Source of the DNA: an uncultured Gammaproteobacteria bacterium
Lineage (GTDB): Bacteria > Patescibacteriota > Patescibacteriia > UBA9934 > GWF2-40-263
NCBI GenBank assembly: GCA_964538435.1
Contig: CAZIDX010000001.1
Location: 64,393-128,392, forward strand
DNA length: 64,000 nucleotides
Reading direction: 5' to 3'
Both the position numbers and the translations under genes were made by a program. Below, piece by piece: positions 1-8,949 of this stretch. Position 1 is the first letter of the stretch; every line of letters begins with the position of its first letter. The notes beneath the pieces were generated by a model. It saw nothing but the letters and a program-made list of their open reading frames with translations, was not told the DNA's origin and searched no databases.

Positions 1-13
1 TGGAAGCGTTGTC

Positions 14-1063
14 ATGCATACAGGTGCAGACCTTCCTAGCATCACCTTTCACAAGGTCGATGCAGCCGGGCACAAGACCCCAACCCGCATTCTGCTTGCC
101 GGCTCGCACTCCGCGCTCGTGTGGGGATGTGCAGAAGGCAGTATGCGGCCAGGGATCTGGCTCCTTCTTCCTCAACTGGCCAACAAGGTCGCAGAGCTCG
201 ACAAGCTCGCAGCGATCCATGGTGGGCCCAACGGAGGTGTGTTCTCAGGAACAAGCCGAGACAACCCAGAGCAGATCACATTCATCAACCGTCGTGGTTG
301 CTGGATGGTTCAGCCAAGCGCACAGGTCACCGCCCTTCAGGATGGAAGCCTGCTTGTGCTCGAGACGCTTGGTGACGGTACCTACGCCTATCGCGTAAGC
401 CCAGCTGGTGTGATCTCAGAGTTCACCATTGCCCCAGCAGGCAAGGAAGAACGGATCATCCAACTTCTGAGCCTCCAAGGTCGGTTCGTCCTGGCAGGGC
501 GCTCCGAGTACGGTTCATGGCTTCGTGAGTTCGGCAAGGGTGCCCAGGACGACACAGTCGATTCTGGTGTTCTCCACGGCGAGATCGAAGCCGCCTGGAA
601 TGCCCCTGGTGAGCAATCTATCGCCCTCCTGGTGCGTGTGCGAACCCCCGATGGGATGCTGCGCAGACTCCAGCTGGGAGATCAGGTTGTGTACGAAGGT
701 TCGTTCACCATGAACCACGAGGATGTCTTCTGGGCACCCTCAGGCAAGCACTTCGCTGCTGTCATTTCCGAAGGGGGTGATGGTACGCGGCATGGCAAGC
801 AACGCGTGGTGACAACCAAGCAGGTTCGCGAGATCTCTGCTGGGAAAACCGTGCGCAGTCTGCTCATCTCCGACAAGGGGGTGATCACGGCCATGATCCT
901 CTCAGACGGCCTCGCAGACCATCCGATCATCGGAATGCGGCCACATGACGCTGTCCCACATGCCTGGAATCTGCATCAAGATCCAGACGGGGCCATCGTC
1001 TACAACACGGTGATGGCATCGTATGTGATGCGATGGGAGGACAACTACGACCTCAAGCGGTAG
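14..1063 (+). CDS. Hypothetical protein, beta-strand-rich (possible beta-propeller); GC-rich accessory unit 1; may begin upstream of the window
   Basis: 349-aa ORF with the frame open to the window edge; WAPSGKHFAAVI resembles a TolB/WD-like blade; TAG stop. Confidence 0.75.
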   Translation: MHTGADLPSITFHKVDAAGHKTPTRILLAGSHSALVWGCAEGSMRPGIWLLLPQLANKVAELDKLAAIHGGPNGGVFSGTSRDNPEQITFINRRGCWMVQPSAQVTALQDGSLLVLETLGDGTYAYRVSPAGVISEFTIAPAGKEERIIQLLSLQGRFVLAGRSEYGSWLREFGKGAQDDTVDSGVLHGEIEAAWNAPGEQSIALLVRVRTPDGMLRRLQLGDQVVYEGSFTMNHEDVFWAPSGKHFAAVISEGGDGTRHGKQRVVTTKQVREISAGKTVRSLLISDKGVITAMILSDGLADHPIIGMRPHDAVPHAWNLHQDPDGAIVYNTVMASYVMRWEDNYDLKR

Positions 1064-1093
1064 GGAATACGAGTACCTAACCGCTTTTCTAAT
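1055..1093 (+). terminator. Hairpin overlapping the TAG stop with TTTTCTAAT tail (unit 1)
   Basis: AAGCGGTAGG...CCTAACCGCTT followed by TTCTAAT. Confidence 0.6.
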
Positions 1094-1096
1094 ACC

Positions 1097-1124
1097 TTGA
1101 AAAATTCGTGAAAACTGCTATTCT
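1097..1124 (+). promoter_or_regulatory. sigma70-type promoter of murC (near-leaderless)
   Basis: TTGAAA-16-TATTCT with TGn extension; ATG 9 nt after the -10 box. Confidence 0.5.
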
Positions 1125-1133
1125 ACAGCTGTT

Positions 1134-2495
1134 ATGCAAAAGATGTGTAAGCACATTCATCTGGTTGGAATCGGTGGAATCGGCATGTCCGCACTTGCAA
1201 AATGGTTCTTGCATGCAGACTCCTGTGTGTCAGGTTCAGATCTTGTTGATTCACAGATCATGCAAGATCTCAAGGAGCGTGGAATGACGATCACCATCGG
1301 GCACGAGGCTCAAAATGTCCCAGAGGGCACCGAGCTTCTTGTTTACTCTCCAGCTGTTCCAGAAGACAATCCTGAGCGTCTCAGAGCGCGTGAACTAGGC
1401 GCACGAGAGCGATCCTACCCAGAAATGCTTGGAGAGATCTCTGAGCACTACTCAACCATCGTTGTCACAGGCACAAATGGAAAGAGCACAACCACAGCCA
1501 TGCTGGGAAAGATTCTTGTAGATGCTGGTTATGATCCAACGGTTCTTGTGGGTTCACTTGTCCCTGATTTTAACGATGGAAATTTGCGGCTTGGCAACAG
1601 CCGATTTTTTGTTGTTGAAGGTTGTGAGTACAGAGCACACATGCTCCACCTAGATCCAGAAATGATCGTGCTAACAAACATTGAAGAAGATCATTTAGAT
1701 TTTTACCGCGATATTGATCACATCAAAGACACCTTCCAGGAATTTGTAAACAAACTCAAGGCAAAAGGATCTGTGATTCACAGTGTCTCAGATAAATACT
1801 CAATGGAACTTGAGTACCCTCGTGGAGCAAGTTACGGAAAAGAAAATGACGCCGAGTATGTTGTGGGAGAGCGTAGAATCAAAGAAGGCCTACAATCATT
1901 CATGATGTCATTTGTTCAAGACGGTCACTATATTCATGAAGTGGATCTGCCAATCCCAGGTGAGTTCAATATGATGAACGCAGCCGCAGCCATTGCCGCA
2001 GCCATGGAGCTAGGGGTGCCATTTGAGATGTGTCAACAGTCGCTCGCAAACTTCCATGGCATCTGGAGGCGTTTTGAACGCGTGGGAACATTCCAGGGTG
2101 CAGAAGTTGTCTCTGATTACGGTCATCACCCAACAGCCATCAAAGGAACAATTGAATCAGCAAGAGAGTTCTTCCCAGACAAGCGTGTCGTGCTCTGCTT
2201 TGAGCCGCACCAACACAATCGCACAAATGAACTCTTTGATCGATTTGTGGATGTGATTGGACTTGCAGATCAAACGATCGTGACCGAGATTTATGATGTT
2301 GCAGGACGAAACGAAGATCACGACGTAAGCTCAAAGGATTTGGTCAAGGCTGTAGCACAGAGTCATGTGGTGTATGTAAGCGACCACGTCCAGGCAGAGG
2401 AAAAACTCAAAGAAATTCTTACAAAAGATGACGTGTTGGTTGTGATGGGGGCAGGGGATATTGATAATCTGGCCAGAAAACTAGTAAATCTATGA
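1134..2495 (+). CDS. murC: UDP-N-acetylmuramate--L-alanine ligase
   Basis: HLVGIGGIGMSALA, GTNGKSTTT P-loop, DYGHHP and FEPH motifs. Confidence 0.95.
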   Translation: MQKMCKHIHLVGIGGIGMSALAKWFLHADSCVSGSDLVDSQIMQDLKERGMTITIGHEAQNVPEGTELLVYSPAVPEDNPERLRARELGARERSYPEMLGEISEHYSTIVVTGTNGKSTTTAMLGKILVDAGYDPTVLVGSLVPDFNDGNLRLGNSRFFVVEGCEYRAHMLHLDPEMIVLTNIEEDHLDFYRDIDHIKDTFQEFVNKLKAKGSVIHSVSDKYSMELEYPRGASYGKENDAEYVVGERRIKEGLQSFMMSFVQDGHYIHEVDLPIPGEFNMMNAAAAIAAAMELGVPFEMCQQSLANFHGIWRRFERVGTFQGAEVVSDYGHHPTAIKGTIESAREFFPDKRVVLCFEPHQHNRTNELFDRFVDVIGLADQTIVTEIYDVAGRNEDHDVSSKDLVKAVAQSHVVYVSDHVQAEEKLKEILTKDDVLVVMGAGDIDNLARKLVNL

Positions 2496-3451
2496 CCATT
2501 AAGCAGCAACTTGAAAGCAGCGTTGGTTCTCGGTTCAAAGAAGACGAACCGCTTTCAAAGCATGTAAATTTTCGCATTGGAGGCCCAGCAAAATACTTTG
2601 TCGAAGTGCGGTCAGTTGACGAGCTAACAGCTGTGCTCGATGTAGCAAACAAAGAGATGCAGAAGTTTTTTGTCTTTGGAGGAGGATCAAACATGCTGGT
2701 AAATGATCAAGGGTTTGACGGAATCGCAATCAAAATTGGAATGCGCTCATACGAGATTCGAGGAAAAGAAGTTCGGGCAGAGTCTGGTGTGCTCTCGTCA
2801 GCTCTGGCGCGCGCAACAGCCAACCATGGGCTCAAAGGTCTCTCCTGGATGATCACACTCCCAGGAACAATCGGTGGGGCCGTGCGTGGCAATGCAGGCT
2901 GCTTTGGCGGTGAAACAAAAGATTCTATTACAAGCGTTGAGGTTCTGCGTGATGGCAAGGTCAAAACACTTGATCGCCACCAAATCGAGTTTGGCTACCG
3001 CGACTCAATGTTCAAGCACAATGAAGACATCATCCTCGCAGCATCCTTTAAGCTTAAAAACGGAGATGTGACCGAGCTTAAAGCAGAACTGGACGATCAA
3101 CTCATGCGTCGAAAAAAAGCACAACCCTTTGATGCAGGTTCAGCCGGATGCATGTTCAAAAACGCAGCTGTGACCGAAGAAGATTTGCAACGCTTATCCA
3201 AAAAACTCGATATACCATCAGAGATGAGTGCAAGCCGGCAGCTATCTGTCGGCTGGCTCATCGACCAGCTTGATCTCAAGGGCAAGGCCGTCGGTGATGC
3301 TCAAGTCTCAGGTGTGCACGGAAATTTCCTTGTGAACAGAGGTGCAGCAACAGCTGACCAGATTGTGCAGCTCATTGCACTTATCAAGACCAGAGCAAGA
3401 GATGAATATGGTATTCTATTAGAGGAGGAAGTGCAGTACATAGGCTTCTAG
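2492..3451 (+). CDS. murB: UDP-N-acetylenolpyruvoylglucosamine reductase
   Basis: FRIGGPA, GGGSNMLV, PGTIGGAVRGNAG, SAGCMFKN, HGNFLVN. Confidence 0.95.
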   Translation: MTIKQQLESSVGSRFKEDEPLSKHVNFRIGGPAKYFVEVRSVDELTAVLDVANKEMQKFFVFGGGSNMLVNDQGFDGIAIKIGMRSYEIRGKEVRAESGVLSSALARATANHGLKGLSWMITLPGTIGGAVRGNAGCFGGETKDSITSVEVLRDGKVKTLDRHQIEFGYRDSMFKHNEDIILAASFKLKNGDVTELKAELDDQLMRRKKAQPFDAGSAGCMFKNAAVTEEDLQRLSKKLDIPSEMSASRQLSVGWLIDQLDLKGKAVGDAQVSGVHGNFLVNRGAATADQIVQLIALIKTRARDEYGILLEEEVQYIGF

Positions 3452-3486
3452 GTCTGCACTAATTATTCACTTGATTTGATACATTT

Positions 3487-3834
3487 ATGCGCATCATCCA
3501 AATGAAGGGGACAAACATGGATCTCACTGACGCTATCAAAAACCACATAGAAAGCAGAGTAGATAGCCTTAGAAAATTGTGCGCAGAGTTTGACCCAGCA
3601 GACGAGCTCAGAGTTGAAGTAGGAAAATCTACAAAAGCCCATGCAAAAGGCCCGTATTTCAGAGCAGAGTTCCAGCTCCATGTGCCAGGCAAGGACATGC
3701 GGGCTGTAGAAGAGGGAGAAGATCTCTACGTGACCATCGACCGCGTCCGCGACTCAATCAAGCGACAACTCACAGACTACAAGAATCTTCTCAAGGACAA
3801 AGCCCAACGCGGCGGACGTCCAGGAAAGGAATAA
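3487..3834 (+). CDS. hpf: Ribosome hibernation factor HPF/RaiA (short form)
   Basis: GTNMDLTDAIKNHIESR and EDLYVTIDRVRDSIKRQL are typical of the S30AE family; upstream of secA. Confidence 0.85.
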   Translation: MRIIQMKGTNMDLTDAIKNHIESRVDSLRKLCAEFDPADELRVEVGKSTKAHAKGPYFRAEFQLHVPGKDMRAVEEGEDLYVTIDRVRDSIKRQLTDYKNLLKDKAQRGGRPGKE

Positions 3835-3838
3835 ATTG

Positions 3839-3866
3839 AAAAAGGCAGGCAATGACCTGTCTTTTT
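3839..3866 (+). terminator. Intrinsic terminator after hpf
   Basis: AAAAAGGCAGG-CAATGA-CCTGTCTTTTT. Confidence 0.65.
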
Positions 3867-3915
3867 GATTGAAAGACTTGATTTTTACTCGATTACAGGC
3901 CATAATGCGCTCCGT

Positions 3916-6678
3916 ATGAGCAAAGTGTTAAAACTCCTTTTTGGAGACCCAAATAAGAAAATGTTGGCCAATCTGCAGGTGGATGTAGACAAGATCAACG
4001 CGCTTGAAAGCAAGTTTGAAGGCTTTTCAGACGACGATCTCAAGGCCAAAACGGTTGAGTATAAGAAACGTCTCAAAGAAGGAGAGACGATTGATGACTT
4101 TGTGCACGAGGCTTTTGCTGTTGTGCGCGAAGCTGCAAAGCGGACCCTTGGACAACGTCACTATGATGTGCAGCTCATTGGTGGGCTTGCATTGCATCGA
4201 GGACAGATTGCTGAGATGAGAACAGGTGAGGGAAAAACGTTGACCTCCACCCTTGCGCTTTACACAAACGCACTGGACGGCCGTGGCTGTCATTTGATTA
4301 CAGTGAACGATTACTTGGCTCGCCGTGACACCGTATGGATGGGGCAGGTTTTTCATTTCCTCGGACTCTCAACAGCATGTATCCAGCAGCAAGGCGGATT
4401 CCTCTACGACCCAGCGTTTGAGCACGCAAACCAGACTGATGCCGAAGCTGCAGCTGCAGACTCGTTTCATATCCGCGAAGATTTCCTTCGCCCAGTCGAG
4501 CGAGACGAGGCCTACAACGCAGACATCACCTACGGAACCAACAACCAGTTTGGGTTCGACTACTTGCGCGACAACATGGCACCAACTGTGAAGGAAACCG
4601 TGATGCGCGAGCTCAACTACGCCATCATCGACGAAATCGACTCAATCCTCATCGACGAGGCGCGCACACCACTTATCATTTCTGCTCCTGCTGAAAAGTC
4701 CGGCGAGCTTTATGCTCGTTTCTCACAGATTGTACAGGGGCTTACAGAAAACGAGCACTTCAATGTTGACGAAAAAATGCGCACTTCAACGCTCACGGAC
4801 GCTGGGATCGAAAGGATCGAACAAGAGCTCGGGATTGCTAATCTCTACGCGGTTGAGCAAGGAATCTACCAGCGCTACGCTGACACAGCTCTTCGCGCGC
4901 ACGCAAACTACGAGCGTGACGTGCATTATGTTGTACAAGACGGTCAGGTCATGATCGTGGATGAGTTCACAGGTCGTCTTATGCCAGGACGGCGGTTCTC
5001 TGAAGGGATCCACCAGGCCATTGAGGCAAAAGAGGGTGTTGAGATCAAGCGAGAGAGTCAGACGCTGGCGACCATCACATTCCAAAACCTCTTCCGAATG
5101 TACAACAAACTTTCTGGTATGACAGGTACGGCCGCAACAGAAGCAGAAGAGTTTGCAAGCATTTACAATCTAGAAGTCGTTGAAATCCCAACAAACAAGC
5201 CAATCGCGCGACTAGATCGCGGCGACAAGGTTTTCAAAAACGAGCGAGGGAAGTACATGGCGCTCGTAAACGAGGTAAAGCAGCTTCAGGAAAAAGGACA
5301 GCCAGTACTTATTGGTACAGCCTCAGTTGAGAAAAACGAGATGGTGCACGTGCTGCTCACAAAAGCCGGGGTTAAGCACGAGGTGCTCAATGCGAAAAAC
5401 CACGCGCGCGAGGCAGAAATCATTGCTCAAGCTGGAGCAAAGGGTGCGATCACAGTAGCAACCAACATGGCGGGTCGCGGAGTAGACATCAAACTTGGTG
5501 GAAATCCAGGCACAAAAGAATCAGAAGAAGAAATCAAGAAACTCGGTGGACTCTTTGTGATTGGTACTGAACGTCATGACTCGCGCCGAATCGACAATCA
5601 GCTCCGTGGGCGTTCTGGTCGACAAGGAGACCCAGGTGAAACCCAGTTCTATCTCTCAATGGAAGACGGTCTCATGCGCATCTTTGGATCAGATCGTGCA
5701 AAGGGAATGATGGATAAGCTCGGGATTCCAGATGAAATGCCAATCGAAAACAAGATGATCACAGGATCAATCGAAAAGGCTCAGACTCGAGTTGAGGGGC
5801 ATCACTTTGACGCACGTAAACACCTGCTCGAGTACGACGATGTGCTCAACAAGCATCGTGAGGTTATCTACGCCCGCCGTCAGGAGATTATGGAGCGTTT
5901 TGACCAGGACCCAGAAACACTCCGGCAGCGCGTGCTCGACATCATCGAAGGAGAGATGGAGCAGGTTGTCCTCTTCCACACAAGCCCAACCGAGGCCCCT
6001 GTTCATCTTGAGGGCGAGACAAAAGAAGACGAGAAAAAGCACGACTGGAACATCGAGGAAATCATCGAGACAGCACAAACCGTCATCTTCCTCACAGACG
6101 AAAACAAAGAAGAAATCCGCAATCTCGGTCTCGAAGCCGCTGAAAACAAGCTTGACGTAGCTGTTGGTCGCACAAAGATCATTGAAAAGGTTATGGAGTT
6201 TGTAAACGAAAACTACGACAAGCTCGACAACATCTTCTCAGATCGAGCTGACGTACAAAACATCGAGCGCGGAGTCGTCCTCCGAGCAATCGACATGCTC
6301 TGGGTCGACCACCTAGCAGCCATGCGCGCACTCAGAACAGGAATCGGTCTGCAAAGCTACGGACAGCGCGACCCGCTCATTGCATACAAAAAAGAAGGAT
6401 TCAACATCTTCCAGAACCTCCTAGGATCAATCAACCACGAGATCACACACAGCTTCTTCAAGTACGCAAAGCACGCAGTTGACGTAAAAGTACAAAAAGA
6501 ACTCAACTCCTCACTCCTCACCCGAGCCGGAGTCCAAATGTCAGGCGCAAGAAAAACCTCAGACCAAAAACAGCGCCAAGCAAGCACAGGAGGAGCAGGG
6601 AAAGCCGCGCCAAAAGTAGGTCGCAACGAGCCATGCCCATGCGGATCAGGAAAGAAGTATAAGAAATGTCATGGGTGA
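3916..6678 (+). CDS. secA: Preprotein translocase ATPase SecA with C-terminal SEC-C Zn motif
   Basis: [65 protein letters not shown]; ATG 3916 chosen because it lies 9 nt after CATAAT. Confidence 0.97.
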   Translation: MSKVLKLLFGDPNKKMLANLQVDVDKINALESKFEGFSDDDLKAKTVEYKKRLKEGETIDDFVHEAFAVVREAAKRTLGQRHYDVQLIGGLALHRGQIAEMRTGEGKTLTSTLALYTNALDGRGCHLITVNDYLARRDTVWMGQVFHFLGLSTACIQQQGGFLYDPAFEHANQTDAEAAAADSFHIREDFLRPVERDEAYNADITYGTNNQFGFDYLRDNMAPTVKETVMRELNYAIIDEIDSILIDEARTPLIISAPAEKSGELYARFSQIVQGLTENEHFNVDEKMRTSTLTDAGIERIEQELGIANLYAVEQGIYQRYADTALRAHANYERDVHYVVQDGQVMIVDEFTGRLMPGRRFSEGIHQAIEAKEGVEIKRESQTLATITFQNLFRMYNKLSGMTGTAATEAEEFASIYNLEVVEIPTNKPIARLDRGDKVFKNERGKYMALVNEVKQLQEKGQPVLIGTASVEKNEMVHVLLTKAGVKHEVLNAKNHAREAEIIAQAGAKGAITVATNMAGRGVDIKLGGNPGTKESEEEIKKLGGLFVIGTERHDSRRIDNQLRGRSGRQGDPGETQFYLSMEDGLMRIFGSDRAKGMMDKLGIPDEMPIENKMITGSIEKAQTRVEGHHFDARKHLLEYDDVLNKHREVIYARRQEIMERFDQDPETLRQRVLDIIEGEMEQVVLFHTSPTEAPVHLEGETKEDEKKHDWNIEEIIETAQTVIFLTDENKEEIRNLGLEAAENKLDVAVGRTKIIEKVMEFVNENYDKLDNIFSDRADVQNIERGVVLRAIDMLWVDHLAAMRALRTGIGLQSYGQRDPLIAYKKEGFNIFQNLLGSINHEITHSFFKYAKHAVDVKVQKELNSSLLTRAGVQMSGARKTSDQKQRQASTGGAGKAAPKVGRNEPCPCGSGKKYKKCHG

Positions 6679-6733
6679 TTATCCACAAAACTGATATTGA
6701 CACCACCTAAGACACATGCTGCAATAATTACAC

Positions 6734-6760
6734 AATCCCCTAATTCGGGGATTTTGTTTT
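6734..6760 (+). terminator. Intrinsic terminator after secA
   Basis: AATCCCC-TAATTC-GGGGATT followed by TTGTTTT. Confidence 0.65.
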
Positions 6761-6762
6761 AT

Positions 6763-6791
6763 ATAGGTCCAATAGGACCCTCAAGACCTAT
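6763..6791. repeat. 29-nt motif copy 1, ATAGGTC-N2-ATAGGACC-N5-GACCTAT, overlapping the start codon of the four-helix-bundle gene
   Basis: ATAGGTC CA ATAGGACC CTCAA GACCTAT; copy 2 has identical spacing at 7142-7170. Confidence 0.75.
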
Positions 6792-7332
6792 GGAGGATAA
6801 GCTAATTACAAATCAAGGTGGATATCGCAATCTAAAGTCATTTCAGAGCGCAACGATTGTTTATGATTTTACTGTACATTTTTGCGAAAAGTATATTTCA
6901 GATTGGAGAATGAAAGATCAAATGATCCATGCAGCAAGATCAGGTCGACAGAACATCGCAGAGGGATGTCAGGTGTCAGGAACATCAAAAAAGAGTGAGA
7001 TGAAGCTGGTGAATGTTGCTCGTGGAAGTTTGGAGGAGTTGTTGTTAGATTACGAAGATTATTTAAGGCAGAGAGGGGTTGAGCAGTGGAAAAAGGATTG
7101 TGATGACGCACAGAATGTGCGCTCACTCGCATATGTGGAAAATAGGTCATATAGGACCTATTCGACCTATCTATCAGACCCGTCCAAAGCTGCAAACACA
7201 GCAATCTGCCTAATTAAACAATCAACCTATTTACTTGACCGACAGTTGGGTGCGCTCCAAAAAACATTCCTTCAAGATGGTGGATTTACTGAAAGGTTGT
7301 ATAATTATCGTAAGCAAAGTAGAGGTTTTTAG
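6790..7332 (+). CDS. Four-helix-bundle protein with suffix domain (23S-IVS/Avd-like superfamily)
   Basis: GGYRNLKSFQ, DQMIHAARSGRQNIAEG, NVARGSLEELLLDYED, C-terminal GGFTERLY; start ATG 6790. Confidence 0.85.
   Translation: MEDKLITNQGGYRNLKSFQSATIVYDFTVHFCEKYISDWRMKDQMIHAARSGRQNIAEGCQVSGTSKKSEMKLVNVARGSLEELLLDYEDYLRQRGVEQWKKDCDDAQNVRSLAYVENRSYRTYSTYLSDPSKAANTAICLIKQSTYLLDRQLGALQKTFLQDGGFTERLYNYRKQSRGF
7142..7170. repeat. 29-nt motif copy 2, inside the four-helix-bundle CDS
   Basis: ATAGGTC AT ATAGGACC TATTC GACCTAT (encodes RSYRTYSTY). Confidence 0.75.
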
Positions 7333-7403
7333 ACCTTCTGTGGAAGGTTTTTCATCGACAAAGATGATAAGCTTACATAATAAGAGTTAAACGAAACTAA
7401 TCT

Positions 7404-7769
7404 ATGAACCCAGAAGAAAGAGAGAGATGGGCACCAAAGTTTGAATACAAAGTCGGTGAACTCGACACTGATTCAATAAAGGCCGAAATGGAAGCCCAAG
7501 ACTTCCGCTGGGACTATGTTGAAGCTGCAGTCGATTACCTCAGCAAGCCTGACGAAATCGCAAAGAACATGGGAAACTTCATTGATCTTGACCCAAATGA
7601 AGAAGAGAGGCTCATGTCTGCAATCCATCAGAAGATTGAGTGGCACACAAAAAACTATGTTGCTGGTAACAACCAAGAAGCCATCGGTGTTTACAGTAGT
7701 CCTAGTTGGGAGGTGACTCAGTTCGTTGGAGATAAAATCCGAGAGAAACTAACGTTTACAAATTTATGA
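7404..7769 (+). CDS. Hypothetical acidic protein
   Basis: 121-aa ORF; stop overlaps the next start (ATGA). Confidence 0.75.
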   Translation: MNPEERERWAPKFEYKVGELDTDSIKAEMEAQDFRWDYVEAAVDYLSKPDEIAKNMGNFIDLDPNEEERLMSAIHQKIEWHTKNYVAGNNQEAIGVYSSPSWEVTQFVGDKIREKLTFTNL

Positions 7770-8452
7770 GCAAAGTAATTCTTATCACCGGAGGGAGTTC
7801 AGGGCTTGGGAAGGAGACAGCTAAGCTGCTTGTTCCAGACAACAAAGTTATTATCCTCTCCCATATCGAAGAAGAAGCAAAGCCGGCAGCCGAAGAGCTC
7901 GGTTGCGACTATGTGGTTGCAAACGTGACTGATGCAGAGCAGGTTGAAAAAGCAGTGGCAGAGGTTGTGGAAAAGCACGGCTCACTCGATGTTCTCATCA
8001 ACTGCGCAGGAATCTGGGAAGAGGGTCAACTTGAAGACTGCTCACCAGAGCGACTCAAGCTTGTTGTTGACATCAACCTCAACGGAACCATGCTCATGTG
8101 CCGCGCCGCGCTCCCGCAGATGAAAAAGCAAAAAGCAGGAATGATCTTTAACATCATCTCCCAAGCTGGACTCGGAGTAAAAGGCGATCGCACCGTGTAC
8201 TACGCATCAAAGTGGGGAGTCCGAGGCTTCACTGGCTGTCTTCAAAAAGACGTGCAAGCAGATGGTGTGCGCGTGACCGCTGTGTATCCTGGTGTGATGG
8301 ACACCGGCCTTTTTGACACCTCTGGTCACTCGCGAGACCTTTCAGAGGCTCTCGATCCAACAGAGACAGCAAAGACTATGGCATTTGTTATAGGTCTGGG
8401 AGAAAACACTCACGTAGGCGAGATCGGGCTTCGATCAATCACTGAGATCTAA
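7766..8452 (+). CDS. Short-chain dehydrogenase/reductase
   Basis: TGGSSGLG Rossmann motif, NCAG, YYASK catalytic YxxxK. Confidence 0.9.
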   Translation: MSKVILITGGSSGLGKETAKLLVPDNKVIILSHIEEEAKPAAEELGCDYVVANVTDAEQVEKAVAEVVEKHGSLDVLINCAGIWEEGQLEDCSPERLKLVVDINLNGTMLMCRAALPQMKKQKAGMIFNIISQAGLGVKGDRTVYYASKWGVRGFTGCLQKDVQADGVRVTAVYPGVMDTGLFDTSGHSRDLSEALDPTETAKTMAFVIGLGENTHVGEIGLRSITEI

Positions 8453-8453
8453 C

Positions 8454-8825
8454 ATGAGTCACTATCACAAAGACGCACTCGTAATATGGGGCATACTGGC
8501 AGTATTGGGGGTGGTCGGTTTTGGTTATGTGTTCGGCTGGGAGAATCCAATCTACCCAATCCTGCTCGCTACAAACCTAGCAACCTTTCTCGTAATGGGC
8601 TTTGACAAACTCCAGTCCACTACAGGAGGTCAACGCACTCCAGAGGTCGTTTTCTACGCAATGACCCTCCTCGGCGGCTCAGCAGGTATGCTTGCGGGCA
8701 TGTATCTCTTCCGTCACAAAACCCACAAAATCTCATTCCAGTTCTTTGTCGGCCTCATGATCCTCATTCAAGTCGGACTTCTGCTCTGGCTAGGACCAGA
8801 CGATCTGCTCATACTCCTAACATAA
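8454..8825 (+). CDS. DUF1294-family membrane protein
   Basis: MGFDK...RTPE...GGSAG...FRHKTHK signature. Confidence 0.85.
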   Translation: MSHYHKDALVIWGILAVLGVVGFGYVFGWENPIYPILLATNLATFLVMGFDKLQSTTGGQRTPEVVFYAMTLLGGSAGMLAGMYLFRHKTHKISFQFFVGLMILIQVGLLLWLGPDDLLILLT

Positions 8826-8856
8826 CGAACTCTCACACAAAAAAAGGTGATTCTTT

Positions 8857-8875
8857 TTCGTAGGTACGAACAAAA
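8857..8875. repeat. Palindrome TTCGTA-GG-TACGAA+CAAAA, copy 1
   Basis: Reverse complement of the 14-mer at 29222-29235, which is also followed by CAAAA. Confidence 0.5.
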
Positions 8876-8912
8876 ATTGCACACCCTCTCGAGCTCTTTA
8901 TGAGAGCAAAAT

Positions 8913-8947
8913 AAAAAAGTGAGCACCTTTGTGGTCACTTTTTTTTT
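8913..8947. terminator. Bidirectional terminator between convergent genes
   Basis: AAAAAAGTGA...TCACTTTTTTTTT imperfect stem. Confidence 0.6.
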
Positions 8948-8949
8948 GA

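Noticed and set aside
6679-6687. Perfect DnaA box TTATCCACA (near matches at ~40179 and ~58972)
   Set aside because: Isolated boxes with no cluster and no dnaA/dnaN context, so not an origin.
6790-7332. Diversity-generating retroelement suggested by the Avd-like fold
   Set aside because: No reverse transcriptase and no TR/VR pair differing at adenines was seen in the window.
8857-8870. Resemblance of TTCGTA..TACGAA to loxP arms
   Set aside because: Only 6-bp arms and a 2-nt spacer, not the 13-8-13 layout.
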